A stretch of DNA of 64,000 nucleotides from positions 4,943-68,942 of the forward strand of contig JAPLYG010000006.1 of assembly GCA_026395685.1 (NCBI GenBank), written 5' to 3'. Below are positions 10,144-20,190 of the stretch, piece by piece (the first letter of the stretch is position 1; each line of letters begins with the position of its first letter). The notes under the pieces are model-generated. The model was not told where the DNA came from, did not search any database, and worked only from the letters and a program-made list of their open reading frames with translations. The position numbers were made by a program, and so were the translations under genes. This DNA comes from Candidatus Parcubacteria bacterium. GTDB lineage: Bacteria; Patescibacteriota; Patescibacteriia; CAIXNZ01.

Positions 10144-11601
10144 ATGAAGAAACTAATTTTGACGGTTCTTATCACGATTACGTTTTTTGCGGCTTCGTGT
10201 ACCTACAACTATAATGATAACAATTCCTACCTAAAGGACAGCAAGATCAACATTACTCTGTCCAACGATTCACCGACTGATGAAATTCCGCTTGGGGATC
10301 AGGTTCTGGCAGTTTTTCTGGTTAACACTAAAAACGCTGCTCAAATCCATGGATTGGAGCTGGATATCACAGACAACTACGACGACCCGCTGGATTTACA
10401 GTTCGTGAATTCCCTCTGGATTGAAGATGGCAATGGCAATCTCATCTATGAAGCCCAGAATATCAGTGACGGTTTTGACTTCTGGGGAGTATATAATATC
10501 CCTATCGGCGAGTCTGCCATCATAGTCAAGGGGCATATTACCTTTGGCGAGGACTATAACTCTCAGTGGAGTCCTCGGCCAGAATTCCAGGTGCTGGTCA
10601 ACGGCATCTATGGATCCGAAAAGATCTTACCCCTGTTTGGTCTGGCTAGTAATGCGATGATCCCCAAATTTCAGGGAATAACTTCGGTGTTTTCAGAATT
10701 AACTTCAGATTCCCCAATAGGTGATCTGGCACCGGGACAGGAAATTACTCTCTTTAAATTTAAACTTTGGACTGAAAATGGGAGCTACCTCTTCTGGGAT
10801 CCATTCTTTACTTTTACCAATTTCAATGGCCAATTGACTAATTGTTTTCTTCTGGACGAACAGGGTAACAAACTGAATGATACTTTTAGCATTGATTCGG
10901 TAACTAACCATATAAAATTGGGAAGAAATGATTCGGAAACACCCTGGGCATTAATTACCGCTTCAGGACAAACTTTTGCCCTCAGTTGCGACGTTTCGAC
11001 AAATAGCCCCAGCGAATACCTCAATTTTGGCCTTGCTGGAGCTAAATGGGAATCTGCCGATATTAACAACTGGCTATCAATACCGACGGAATATGCACAA
11101 GGTAACACCTTACACGTCGTGCAAGATCGAAAAATTTTTTTCAATCTTGCTGCTGATACCCCTCAACAAATTTTACCCGGCAATACTGTAACTATAATGA
11201 AGTTCTCAGTATATACCGGGTTCGGCGATATAAAGTTGTACTTGCTCGAATTTGCCTATAGTAATTACCAGGCTGGCAGTTTTTCTAACTGTAGGGTCCA
11301 AGACGAAAACGGCCAAAAAATAAACAAATTCGTCAATGGTTTTCGCCCACCCGGGACTAATATAATATACGAGGCTTATTTTTTTGGTCCTTCAACTGGC
11401 GTTTACCCTGGAGACAGTTATCCATTTACGATGATAACACCACAAGCAAAAACTTTCTTTTTATCGTGCAATATGGGCAACTTACCAGGGTATTCAACTA
11501 ACGTTGACCTTTCATTTATAAACTATTACTTCAGGACGGATTTGAATTATGAAATTTTCCCTCCAACTAATCCGATTCTGACAACCACAGTCCACCAGTG
11601 A
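10144..11601 (+). CDS. Putative lipoprotein with three tandem beta-rich domains
   Basis: Lipobox-like FAASC; recurring DSP/DTP..I.PG...KF and DEQGNKLN/DENGQKIN/EDGNGNLI motifs. Confidence 0.75.
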   Translation: MKKLILTVLITITFFAASCTYNYNDNNSYLKDSKINITLSNDSPTDEIPLGDQVLAVFLVNTKNAAQIHGLELDITDNYDDPLDLQFVNSLWIEDGNGNLIYEAQNISDGFDFWGVYNIPIGESAIIVKGHITFGEDYNSQWSPRPEFQVLVNGIYGSEKILPLFGLASNAMIPKFQGITSVFSELTSDSPIGDLAPGQEITLFKFKLWTENGSYLFWDPFFTFTNFNGQLTNCFLLDEQGNKLNDTFSIDSVTNHIKLGRNDSETPWALITASGQTFALSCDVSTNSPSEYLNFGLAGAKWESADINNWLSIPTEYAQGNTLHVVQDRKIFFNLAADTPQQILPGNTVTIMKFSVYTGFGDIKLYLLEFAYSNYQAGSFSNCRVQDENGQKINKFVNGFRPPGTNIIYEAYFFGPSTGVYPGDSYPFTMITPQAKTFFLSCNMGNLPGYSTNVDLSFINYYFRTDLNYEIFPPTNPILTTTVHQ

Positions 11602-11625
11602 TCGAGGACAATCCCACAACCGCAT

Positions 11626-11655
11626 GGGCGCGAATACAACATCGCGCCCTTTTTT
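11626..11655 (+). terminator. Intrinsic terminator (shared sequence, copy 3)
   Basis: gggcgcgaatacaacatcgcgccc followed by T6. Confidence 0.85.
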
Positions 11656-11659
11656 ATTT

Positions 11660-11773
11660 GGTGAACAGTGAAAAGGTAAAGATGCTGGTAGGTGGGAGGA
11701 GTAAGGGTAATGTCAATAAAGACCCGATACCTTACCATGTCACTTACTAGCATCCTAACCAAAACACTTTACC
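11660..11773. repeat. Palindromic family A copy
   Basis: ggtaaagatgctggtaggtg ... cacttactagcatcctaacc. Confidence 0.8.
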
Positions 11774-11808
11774 TTTTGATTTACCGAAATAACTGCTAAA
11801 ATATAATC

Positions 11809-12312
11809 ATGAAAATGGCCATCGTCTCCGACTCCCACGATAACCTGCCTAATATTAAAAAGGCAATCAATTATATTAATAAACAAAAAATCTCCGTAAT
11901 GATCCATTGCGGTGATGTTTGCGCTCCGGTTATTTTGGGCGAATTTGCCAAGCTTTTCAAGGGCAAAGAAATTCATGTAGCTAAGGGAAATGTTGACGGC
12001 GATATTGAAGGCTTTAAAGCAATGGCAAGAAAATATCCCAAAATAATTTATCACGGCAATACGGGAAAAGTGGACATTGACAAGCTCTCAATTACTTTTT
12101 GCCACGAACCGTTTTTAGCCAAGAAAATGGCAGAATCTCAAAAATATGATTTTGTTTTTCACGGGCATACGCATAAGCCCTGGCAGGAAAAAGTCGGCAA
12201 AACGACAATTTTAAATCCCGGGACATTGGCAGGGCTTTTTAATAAAGCGACTTTTGCCATATTTGATACTGAGACAAAAAAAGCCCAACTTATTCTTTTG
12301 GAACAAATCTAA
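11809..12312 (+). CDS. YfcE/MJ0936-family metallophosphoesterase
   Basis: SDSHDN, HCGD, GNVD, GHTH and LNPG motifs. Confidence 0.9.
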   Translation: MKMAIVSDSHDNLPNIKKAINYINKQKISVMIHCGDVCAPVILGEFAKLFKGKEIHVAKGNVDGDIEGFKAMARKYPKIIYHGNTGKVDIDKLSITFCHEPFLAKKMAESQKYDFVFHGHTHKPWQEKVGKTTILNPGTLAGLFNKATFAIFDTETKKAQLILLEQI

Positions 12313-12382
12313 AACACTATTCAATTTTATATAAAATAAAGAGGGCTCTCTTGAGTCCTCTTTTTGTTATAAGGTAGAAAAA

Positions 12383-12622
12383 TTATCCTGAAATTTCAAG
12401 ATCGCAGCTTTCTACCAATGCGCGACAATTAAACAAAAGCTTGCACTTGGGACAAAATACGCTGTAAATATCCTTCCTTTTCAACTCCTTCTTACAGCAA
12501 GGACAGGGAATCAGTACCGCCTTTTCCTGATAGGCGGCGAGCTCCGAAGTAAGCGCCTGTAAATCTTTTAACCTTTGTGTCGGGCACTGGGGTTCTCTAC
12601 CAGAGCTATTTTTTTTTGTCAT
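12383..12622 (-). CDS. Small zinc-ribbon hypothetical protein
   Basis: CPCC...CPKC; AAGGAGG SD before the ATG at 12622. Confidence 0.55.
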   Translation of the reverse strand: MTKKNSSGREPQCPTQRLKDLQALTSELAAYQEKAVLIPCPCCKKELKRKDIYSVFCPKCKLLFNCRALVESCDLEISG

Positions 12623-12711
12623 TATTGGCCCTCCTTGACCTTTAAAGTTTTTTTTAAACACCCTGATTTGCTATAATAAAGAATATACATAATTCAATAA
12701 TTTTACAACTT

Positions 12712-13164
12712 ATGGAAAATATCCTAATAATCACCGGACAGCTTATATTAGCCGTTATTTTGGGCGGAATCATCGGGATTGAAAGAGAACGCATTGGCAA
12801 ACCAGCCGGCTCTCGCACTTATGCCTTGATCGCGATGGGCTCTACTTTATTAACAATCCTATCAATTCAGGGTTTCAGTAGTTATGCCAATTTTACACCC
12901 ACGGCATTAATTTCTCCCATTATTACCGGCTTAGGCTTTTTAGGCGCCGGGGTAATTATTTTCCACAAAGAGAAACTAGAGGGACTCACAACTGCCGCTG
13001 CCCTTTGGGCCATAGCCTCAGTTGGCATTGCCATTGGAATAGGGTGGTATTTAATTGCTGTTATTGCGGCAGCTTTAATTTTCCTTATCCTTTATATTGT
13101 CAGAAAAATCGAATTCAACGCTAAAAAGAAAAATACTCTCTGGGATTTATTTGACCGCAAATAA
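12712..13164 (+). CDS. MgtC/SapB family membrane protein
   Basis: GGIIGIERE...AGSRTYAL...GLGFLGAG...GLTTAAALW. Confidence 0.9.
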   Translation: MENILIITGQLILAVILGGIIGIERERIGKPAGSRTYALIAMGSTLLTILSIQGFSSYANFTPTALISPIITGLGFLGAGVIIFHKEKLEGLTTAAALWAIASVGIAIGIGWYLIAVIAAALIFLILYIVRKIEFNAKKKNTLWDLFDRK

Positions 13165-13184
13165 AAGCAGCCTGCTCTTAGCTT

Positions 13185-13787
13185 ATGATTATTAATCTTA
13201 ATCAACAAAACCCGGAACCGAAAAAAATTGAACAAATTGTTACTGTCCTGAAAAACGGCGGTATTGTTGTATATCCGACTGATACCATTTATGGTTTAGG
13301 CTGCGATATTTTCAATAAACCTGCCATAGAAAAAATTTATCGCTTTAAAAAACGGGAGGGGAAAAAGCCGCTGAGCATCATGTGCGCTGATATAAAGGAT
13401 ATCAGTAAATATGCCCTTATCCCTGATTATGCTTTTGTCCTATTAAAAAGATATTTGCCCGGACCTTACACTTTTATATTAAAAGCTAAAAATTCTATGC
13501 CGGGGAGTTTTTTATCAAAAAATAAAACTGTTGGCGTGCGTATTCCTGCCAATACTATATGCTTAGAAATAATTAAAGCCTTGGGCTCGCCAATTATTAC
13601 CACCAGCCTGAACCTTTCAGGAGAGCCGGTGCTAAGCTCGCCCTCACAGCTAAATAAAGAGGTGAAAAATCAAATTGATCTGATTATTGACCAGGGGAGT
13701 TTGCCGCAAATTGCCTCCACCATAGTTGATTTAACAGCTGACCCGCCGAAAATTTTACGTCAAGGCAGCGGCGAATTTGCCCTTTAA
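13185..13787 (+). CDS. tsaC: Threonylcarbamoyl-AMP synthase (Sua5/YrdC family)
   Basis: YPTDTIYGLGC, KKR...KPLS, PGPYT, VGVRIP, TTSLNLSG. Confidence 0.9.
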   Translation: MIINLNQQNPEPKKIEQIVTVLKNGGIVVYPTDTIYGLGCDIFNKPAIEKIYRFKKREGKKPLSIMCADIKDISKYALIPDYAFVLLKRYLPGPYTFILKAKNSMPGSFLSKNKTVGVRIPANTICLEIIKALGSPIITTSLNLSGEPVLSSPSQLNKEVKNQIDLIIDQGSLPQIASTIVDLTADPPKILRQGSGEFAL

Positions 13788-13824
13788 CTCTAAATTTAGA
13801 TTTTTAAACTTTAATATAATTTAC

Positions 13825-14097
13825 ATGAAAAAAACTATTCTAATTTTACTCCTCCTAATTTTATTAGTTATTTTTATTGCCTTCGCCGTCTCTACTATCT
13901 TTTTCCCGGAGAAAAAAATGCGCTACAATGACTGTGTTTTAATGCAAAACAAAAAAACGCTGGCTGTTGACTGCTTCGGCTGCGCCAATAATGTCTGCAA
14001 AGATGCTTCTCTTGACTGGGAGATCTATGCCGCGCCTGAAATCGGCATCCCCTATGCCTGTGAACAAACCCAAGCCGGCTGTAAATTGGTGCAATAA
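13825..14097 (+). CDS. Small membrane-anchored Cys-rich protein
   Basis: N-terminal TM helix, six Cys; start at the ATG at 13825. Confidence 0.55.
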   Translation: MKKTILILLLLILLVIFIAFAVSTIFFPEKKMRYNDCVLMQNKKTLAVDCFGCANNVCKDASLDWEIYAAPEIGIPYACEQTQAGCKLVQ

Positions 14098-14116
14098 AGT
14101 TAATTCTGTTACTTAT

Positions 14117-14341
14117 ATGCCCATCTTAAAAATAAGAGTTATTCCTAATTCTAAGATTAATAAAATAGTAAAACAGGAAGATAACTATCTAAAGATAAAG
14201 CTGTCCGCGCCTGCTCATGAAGGTAAGGCAAATAAAGCTTTAATTAAATTTTTAAGCCAGTATTTTAAAGTAGCAAAAAATAAAATAACCCTAATTTCTG
14301 GTGAAAAATCTCACGAAAAGATTGTCAGGATCGAGGATTGA
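14117..14341 (+). CDS. DUF167/YggU family protein
   Basis: RVIPNSK...APAHEGKANKALIKFLS...SGEKSHEK. Confidence 0.9.
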   Translation: MPILKIRVIPNSKINKIVKQEDNYLKIKLSAPAHEGKANKALIKFLSQYFKVAKNKITLISGEKSHEKIVRIED

Positions 14342-14426
14342 CAAATTCCTAAAATTGATCTATGCTTTAATATTGCAGTATAGGATATCAAGACTAGGCA
14401 AACGAAAAACAAGGGAGGGAAAAAAC

Positions 14427-14906
14427 GTGAAAAGGACAGGCTTTTTGGTGTTGCTGCTTTGCTTGGTTGCCTCAATCAGCCAAAGCGAGACAAAACCCCA
14501 GCCTAAGCTGAAATCTTACCAGAGCCAAAAATTCGGCTTTATCGTCTCTGTTCCCGAAACCTGGAAAATTGATCCTGATGAAGCCAATGCTTATTATGCT
14601 CTTTATTCTCCTGAGGCCTTTACAGGCGCACATAATCGGTTAGATCTGACTTCAGGCATTAAAATAGAGATTCTTCCCCACAGTAATGAAGAACTGGAAA
14701 ATTTTTTTAGCCGCAATGATCTGCAACCGATACCCAATACGCCCAACCAGTACTATTTCCGGGATGCTGACTACTACTACCTTTTCACGGTTATTAAGGG
14801 ATCTCCCTGGAATTTTGTTATAATCGGGTACTTCCCTGAGAAGAAAAAAGAGGCCGAATACTTGCCTCTCTACCAACAGGTGATTAAGTCCTTTACTCTT
14901 ATTTAG
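14427..14906 (+). CDS. Secreted PsbP-like hypothetical protein
   Basis: GGGAGG SD with GTG start; signal peptide; FGFIVSVPETW...QQVIKSF. Confidence 0.55.
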   Translation: MKRTGFLVLLLCLVASISQSETKPQPKLKSYQSQKFGFIVSVPETWKIDPDEANAYYALYSPEAFTGAHNRLDLTSGIKIEILPHSNEELENFFSRNDLQPIPNTPNQYYFRDADYYYLFTVIKGSPWNFVIIGYFPEKKKEAEYLPLYQQVIKSFTLI

Positions 14907-14944
14907 CCCCATCAATCACGTCGCAACCTTGCGCCGTGATTTTT

Positions 14945-15211
14945 TTATAGCAAAGGATCATGACCGCCCTTAGACAAGGGATTGCAGCGAATCACTCTTT
15001 TTAAACCTAGCCAGCAACCTTTAAAAATGCCATATTTATCAACGGCCTCATAAGTATATTGGCTGCAGCTGGGATAAAAACAACAGCCTAAAAAGGGAAA
15101 AATCCTGGCTAAAGGGCCGTGATCAAAAGAAAAAGTCTTTTGATAGCCGATGATTGCCAATAAGACTATATTCTTGAGGTTTGTTTTAATAAACACTAAA
15201 AAATTTTTCAT
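14945..15211 (-). CDS. yidD: Membrane protein insertion efficiency factor
   Basis: CCFYPSCSQY...RVIRCNPLSKGGHDP. Confidence 0.93.
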   Translation of the reverse strand: MKNFLVFIKTNLKNIVLLAIIGYQKTFSFDHGPLARIFPFLGCCFYPSCSQYTYEAVDKYGIFKGCWLGLKRVIRCNPLSKGGHDPLL

Positions 15212-15558
15212 AAAATTTTAGCTTTTTGCAGCAAGCGAGAAACAGATTCTTGTACTTCCTTATATGAGGCGGCCTGATCGTTTCTTATTAATTTAGGAGA
15301 AGCAAAAATAAGAAAATCAAAACCAGGCTTAAGCTGCGGCCAGATCAGGCGCACCACTTCTCTAATGCGACGCTTTAAAATATTTCGGCGTACGGCACTT
15401 TTACTTACTTTATTGGAGACAACGACAGAAAACCGGGAATGATCCTGGTTGTTTTCTTTGCACTTTAAAAGAAAGAGGGGGGAATAAAAAACCGACCCTT
15501 GCCTATTTACAGCACTAATATCTTTTTCTTTATTGAGGCGATATTGTTTTTTAAGCAT
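15208..15558 (-). CDS. rnpA: RNase P protein component
   Basis: KVSKSAVRRNILKRRIRE; synteny with rpmH and yidD. Confidence 0.93.
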   Translation of the reverse strand: MLKKQYRLNKEKDISAVNRQGSVFYSPLFLLKCKENNQDHSRFSVVVSNKVSKSAVRRNILKRRIREVVRLIWPQLKPGFDFLIFASPKLIRNDQAASYKEVQESVSRLLQKAKIL

Positions 15559-15563
15559 ATGCT

Positions 15564-15603
15564 AAAAAAATTCAGCGCTAACTTTGAAAGCAGCGCTGAA
15601 TTT
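15564..15603 (-). terminator. Hairpin/terminator between rpmH and rnpA
   Basis: aattcagcgct...agcgctgaatt followed by a T-run on the minus strand. Confidence 0.6.
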
Positions 15604-15765
15604 CTATTTTTTACCTATTCCTTCTTTAGAAACCGTTAATTTACGACGTCCTTTAAATCTTCGTCTTTTTAAAACTAAGCGCCCTTTAGCACTTTTCATT
15701 CTGCGTCTAAACCCATGGGTCTTTGCGCGCTTTCTTTTCTTAGGCTGATAAGTTCGTTTAGGCAT
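15604..15765 (-). CDS. rpmH: 50S ribosomal protein L34 (missed by the ORF track)
   Basis: Translated by hand: [53 protein letters not shown]. Confidence 0.95.
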   Translation of the reverse strand: MPKRTYQPKKRKRAKTHGFRRRMKSAKGRLVLKRRRFKGRRKLTVSKEGIGKK

Positions 15766-15904
15766 AATCAAATAGCTTAAAGATAATAAATTTGAGATTT
15801 AAGTTATCTTAGAGAAAATTTTCAAAGTTAGATCATAAATCCCTGAGCTTAAATCTGTTGAAATAATAGCACCTGCGGAAAAATTTGTCAAAACCAAAAA
15901 AGTG

Positions 15905-15980
15905 TATTAAGCTGTATCCACAGATTATTAACAGTCTATTCACTTTTGGCTCAATGCCTACATTCTTTATCCGCAGTTTA
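15905..15980. promoter_or_regulatory. DnaA-box cluster upstream of dnaA
   Basis: GTATCCACA, TTATTAACA and TTATCCGCA resemble TTATCCACA. Confidence 0.65.
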
Positions 15981-16052
15981 TATGTTAAAATTTTGATATA
16001 CTAATTCTCTTTCCCTTTACCTTCGGGGGTAAATCAAAATAAAAAGGGTCTT

Positions 16053-17453
16053 ATGAATACTCTACAAATCTGGGAAGCTGTCTTAGGCGACCTGGAGCTC
16101 TCTCTCAGTAAAGCAAACTTTACAACCTGGTTTAAGGGAACTTTTATATTGGAAATGGATGACAAAAGCGTGACTATCGGCGTGCCTAATGCCTTTACTA
16201 AAAGCTGGCTGGAAAAGAAATACTCAGCTGACCTTTTAAAGGCTTTACGCAATATTACCGAAGTAACTTTACGCGAAATAAATTTCAAGGTAGCGTCCCT
16301 CAAAAAAGATTTCAACCAAAAAGAATATCCTGCTGATTCGGCAAAACAAACAACCGCGGGAGAAAAAGAGAAAAAGCAGGCCGAGCGCATTAATATTTCC
16401 CCGGCGCCGGCGCAGGCAATGGCTAATTCTTTTGGGCTAAACCCAAAATATACCTTTACTACTTTTGTGGTTGGCAAAAACAATGAGCTTGCCAGAGCTG
16501 CTTCTTTGGCCGTAGCGGCAAATCCGGGAGTAACTTATAATCCTCTTTTTCTTTATGGCGGAGCCGGCTTAGGAAAGACTCACCTTATTCAGGCAATAGG
16601 CAATGAAATTTTAAAAATAGAAGCCGATAAAAAAATTCTCTATATTACCTGCGAAAAATTCACCAATGACTTTATTAATTCTATAACTAATGGCAAAGCC
16701 TCCAATTTTAAAGATATTTACCGATCAGTGGATGTCTTGTTAATTGATGACATCCAATTTTTAGCGGGCAAAGAAGGTACTCAGGAGGAATTTTTCCATA
16801 CTTTTAATGCCCTCCATCAAAATAACAAACAGGTTGTCTTAACCTCTGACCGCCCGCCCAAATCAATTCCCGCCCTAGAAAACAGGCTTTTATCCCGTTT
16901 TGAATGGGGAATGATCGCAGACGTCTCCTTGCCCGATATGGAAACCAGGCTGGCTATTTTAGAAACCAAAGCTATTGAAAAAAACTATCAGATAGCAAAG
17001 GAAATCTTACATTATCTGGCTGTTAATATTGCCAGCAACATTCGGGAATTGGAAGGGGCTTTAAACAGAATTATTGCCTATCATCAACTAAATGCGATTG
17101 TGCCTACCTTGGAAAGCGTAAAAAAACTTTTGGCCGGTCTGACAACCAACTTACAAAAAAAGTCAGTTACTCCCAAAGATATTATTTATACTGTCTCCAA
17201 TTATTATGACGTGCAATTAGAGGATCTTTTAGGGGCTTCCCGCGAAAAAAAGCTGGTTACACCGAGACAAATCATTATGTTTTTAATGCGAGAAGAGATA
17301 AAGAGCTCTTTCCCCATGATTGGGCAGGAACTGGGAGGACGCGACCACACCACTGCCATGCATGCTGTTGAAAAAATAAGAAATGATTATGATAATGACG
17401 AAAAAACAAGAAGAGAAATTGAACAGCTCAGGCAAAGATTATACAATATTTAG
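16053..17453 (+). CDS. dnaA: Chromosomal replication initiator DnaA
   Basis: YNPLFLYGGAGLGKTHL, LLIDDIQF, GGRDHTTAMHA. Confidence 0.98.
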   Translation: MNTLQIWEAVLGDLELSLSKANFTTWFKGTFILEMDDKSVTIGVPNAFTKSWLEKKYSADLLKALRNITEVTLREINFKVASLKKDFNQKEYPADSAKQTTAGEKEKKQAERINISPAPAQAMANSFGLNPKYTFTTFVVGKNNELARAASLAVAANPGVTYNPLFLYGGAGLGKTHLIQAIGNEILKIEADKKILYITCEKFTNDFINSITNGKASNFKDIYRSVDVLLIDDIQFLAGKEGTQEEFFHTFNALHQNNKQVVLTSDRPPKSIPALENRLLSRFEWGMIADVSLPDMETRLAILETKAIEKNYQIAKEILHYLAVNIASNIRELEGALNRIIAYHQLNAIVPTLESVKKLLAGLTTNLQKKSVTPKDIIYTVSNYYDVQLEDLLGASREKKLVTPRQIIMFLMREEIKSSFPMIGQELGGRDHTTAMHAVEKIRNDYDNDEKTRREIEQLRQRLYNI

Positions 17454-17717
17454 GTGTGCACTGTTTGTTAATAAAAATGTTTATAAATTATAAACAGCCT
17501 GTGTAAAAAGTCAGCCCCTTAAAGCAACTAGTCTTTCGCAATTTATTTATACACCCTTTGTTAACATTTTTTTTCATTCTTTATTCCTAGTTTATCAACA
17601 GTAAGAATCTTAAAATTCATCGATAAATAAAAGGCTCGTACTCTTTTCCTTTCACTTATCCACTTCCTTATTACTATTATTATAAAATATATTATTTAAT
17701 AATTAATATAATACGAT
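17454..17717. other. oriC: Replication origin oriC (dnaA-dnaN spacer)
   Basis: Degenerate DnaA boxes (TTATAAACA, TTATACACC, TTATCAACA, TTATCCACT at 17656); then TTATTACTATTATTATA DnaA-trio-like repeats and an AT-rich tract. Confidence 0.8.
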
Positions 17718-18878
17718 ATGAAAATATCCTGTACTCAAGAAAATTTAAATCAGGGTTTAAATATAGTCTCCCATATAGCCAGTAAAAACACCTCCCTCCC
17801 GATTTTAAATAATGTTTTAATTAGAGCGGAAAAGGGTATTTTAAGTTTAATTACCACGAATCTTGAAATGGGGATCCAGTGTCAGGTTAGGGGTAAAATA
17901 GAAAAGGATGGCAGTTATACGGCAAACTCCAAACTGCTAAATGATTATATTAATTTATTGGGTAACCAAAAAGTTGAAATAGAATTAAAGGATGATAATT
18001 TGGAAATTACTTCTGAACAGCAAACCACTAAAATAAAGGGTAATAGTCCTGAAGAATTTCCACTTATTCCCAAAATTGAGAAAAAGAGCGCCTATAAATG
18101 CAAAGTCAATAAATTAATTGAGGCCTTTTCCCAGGTATTATTTGCCGTTTCCGTGTCTGAGACAAGACCTGAAATCTCGGGCGTATATTTAAGCTTTATT
18201 GATGATGTTTTAACTCTGGCGGCAACAGACAGCTATCGCTTAGCTGAAAAGCAGATCAAGCTGATAGAAAAAGTAACAGCAGAAAAAGATGTTATTATTC
18301 CCGCCAAGACCGCCCAGGAGCTGATGAGAATTTTATCCACTCTTTCCGTGGTTGAGGCGGAAGACGGTAAGGATGCAAGTGATTTGGTGGAAATATATTT
18401 TGAGGACAATCAGGTATTATTTGTTTTTGACAATGTAGAATTAGTGTCAAGAATAATTGAAGGCCAGTATCCCAATTACAAACAAATTATTCCGGCGAAC
18501 TTCAAGACAAAAGGAGTTGTTAATATTTCGGATTTTACCAAGGCAGTCAAAACAGCCTCCTTATTTTCCAGAACCGGAATTTTTGACATTAATTTGGAAT
18601 TCAAGGCAGGTAAGGTTATTATTTCTTCCACCAATAACCAGCTGGGGGAAAACAAGTCAAAATTAAACATTGCCGCGCAGGGGGATGATAATAAAGTTGT
18701 TATTAACTACCGTTATTTACTCGACGGCCTGCAAAACATCAACTCAACAGATGTTATTTATGAAATGATTGATGCCAATAATCCGTGCATTTTAAGGCCG
18801 GCTGAAAGTTTGAAGGATAACAAAGAGGCAATTGCTGCTCAGGATTATTTGTATATTATCATGCCGATTAAGCAGTAG
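17718..18878 (+). CDS. dnaN: DNA polymerase III beta clamp
   Basis: LPILNNVLI, ATDSYRLA, SRIIEGQYPNY, YIIMPI. Confidence 0.98.
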   Translation: MKISCTQENLNQGLNIVSHIASKNTSLPILNNVLIRAEKGILSLITTNLEMGIQCQVRGKIEKDGSYTANSKLLNDYINLLGNQKVEIELKDDNLEITSEQQTTKIKGNSPEEFPLIPKIEKKSAYKCKVNKLIEAFSQVLFAVSVSETRPEISGVYLSFIDDVLTLAATDSYRLAEKQIKLIEKVTAEKDVIIPAKTAQELMRILSTLSVVEAEDGKDASDLVEIYFEDNQVLFVFDNVELVSRIIEGQYPNYKQIIPANFKTKGVVNISDFTKAVKTASLFSRTGIFDINLEFKAGKVIISSTNNQLGENKSKLNIAAQGDDNKVVINYRYLLDGLQNINSTDVIYEMIDANNPCILRPAESLKDNKEAIAAQDYLYIIMPIKQ

Positions 18879-18897
18879 AAGTTTGTTACAAAACAAT

Positions 18898-19242
18898 ATG
18901 GACTCCACAAAAAAGAGATACCAGGAATGGTGCGCAAGAATTGCCGAGGACACAGAGATGGCTCAACTCATCTCTCATTTTAGGGAACATGTCGGTGCGC
19001 ATTATTCTCGCGAGAACAATCGGGGCACAGAAAAAAGCTTTAAAAATTGGATAGCCGGGGTATTTAATTTTTTGGCAATTTTGGAGAGAAAGTATCCTCA
19101 AGTTACCACTGAAGATAAACTATATAAGCTTTGCAAATATTATAGAAAGCATAAGGATTTTTATAAAGACAACAAAGAAGGCCCTGAAGCTGCTTTTGAT
19201 GTAGATAAGTATATGAAAGAGTATCGCGGGGATATGGAATAA
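18898..19242 (+). CDS. Hypothetical protein
   Basis: ORF following dnaN; terminator-like hairpin at ~19266-19290. Confidence 0.55.
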   Translation: MDSTKKRYQEWCARIAEDTEMAQLISHFREHVGAHYSRENNRGTEKSFKNWIAGVFNFLAILERKYPQVTTEDKLYKLCKYYRKHKDFYKDNKEGPEAAFDVDKYMKEYRGDME

Positions 19243-19401
19243 TTTGGATGGTAGCAGATATCAGAAAGGGAGTGCGAAAGCCTCTCTTTTGTGTTAAAAT
19301 TATAGTAAAGCTGAGAGACTAATCTTGACTTGCTTCACAAAGCAGGCCGAGGTCGAGCGGCTAGTTGAAATTATGATTATTAATAATTAATTTATAACAT
19401 C

Positions 19402-20178
19402 ATGAAAAAGATTTTGCTTATAATAGGTATGGCAGTAGCTGTTATTATTTGGTGGGCAGGTCTAACAAAGGCTGGATATATCCCAAATATTCTTAAAATA
19501 AAGTCGTTAAATTCTAGAGAGAGTAATATTCAAATGCCTTTAAATAATAAAAAAGTGGAATCGAATAAAAACGCGGAATCGAATAAAGCAGAATTTGAAA
19601 TAAATGATTTGGGGAGTTTTGCAGAGCCTATTATTTATTTCTACCCCTCAAAAGAACAAGAGGTAATTGTTGAATTATCTTACGGGGGAAAGATTATTGC
19701 AGATTATCCCCGCTATGATGAAAAGATTCAGGGGTGGGATTTTATAGCATATCCAGATGGCCACCTGATAAATAAGAAAGATAATAAGGAATATAGTTAT
19801 ATTTTTTGGGAAGGAATTCCCAGCGTTCCAGTGAACTGGGATATTAAAGAAGGTTTTATTGTTAAAGGAGAGGATGCTCGGGAGTTTTTACAGGAAATTT
19901 TGCCAAAAATCGGATTAACCCCAAAAGAATTCAATGAATTTATTGTATATTGGTATCCAAGAATGAAAGATAATTCCTATAATTTAATTTATTTTGCAGA
20001 TAAACAATATACAGACGTAGCTTCTCTTGATATTTCTCCTAAGCCCGATTCAATCTTGAAGGTCTTTATGGTTGTTAAACCTTTGCAGGAGAAGATTAGC
20101 ATTCAGCCCCAAATAATAAAACCCTTTGAAAGAAAAGGATTTTCCGTTATAGAGTGGGGGGGAACTGAAATCAAATAA
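19402..20178 (+). CDS. Conserved membrane-anchored hypothetical protein (KPVIYLYP-type family)
   Basis: EPIIYFYP, YSYIFWEG, EFIVYWYP, RKGFSVIEWGG. Confidence 0.7.
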   Translation: MKKILLIIGMAVAVIIWWAGLTKAGYIPNILKIKSLNSRESNIQMPLNNKKVESNKNAESNKAEFEINDLGSFAEPIIYFYPSKEQEVIVELSYGGKIIADYPRYDEKIQGWDFIAYPDGHLINKKDNKEYSYIFWEGIPSVPVNWDIKEGFIVKGEDAREFLQEILPKIGLTPKEFNEFIVYWYPRMKDNSYNLIYFADKQYTDVASLDISPKPDSILKVFMVVKPLQEKISIQPQIIKPFERKGFSVIEWGGTEIK

Positions 20179-20190
20179 AAATAATATTCT

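Noticed and set aside
16034-16483. 149-aa ORF antisense to dnaA
   Set aside because: Overlaps a clear dnaA; no independent support.
19310-19370. Possible hairpin or IS-end remnant downstream of the post-dnaN gene
   Set aside because: Pairing is weak, it is single copy, and there is no transposase fragment.
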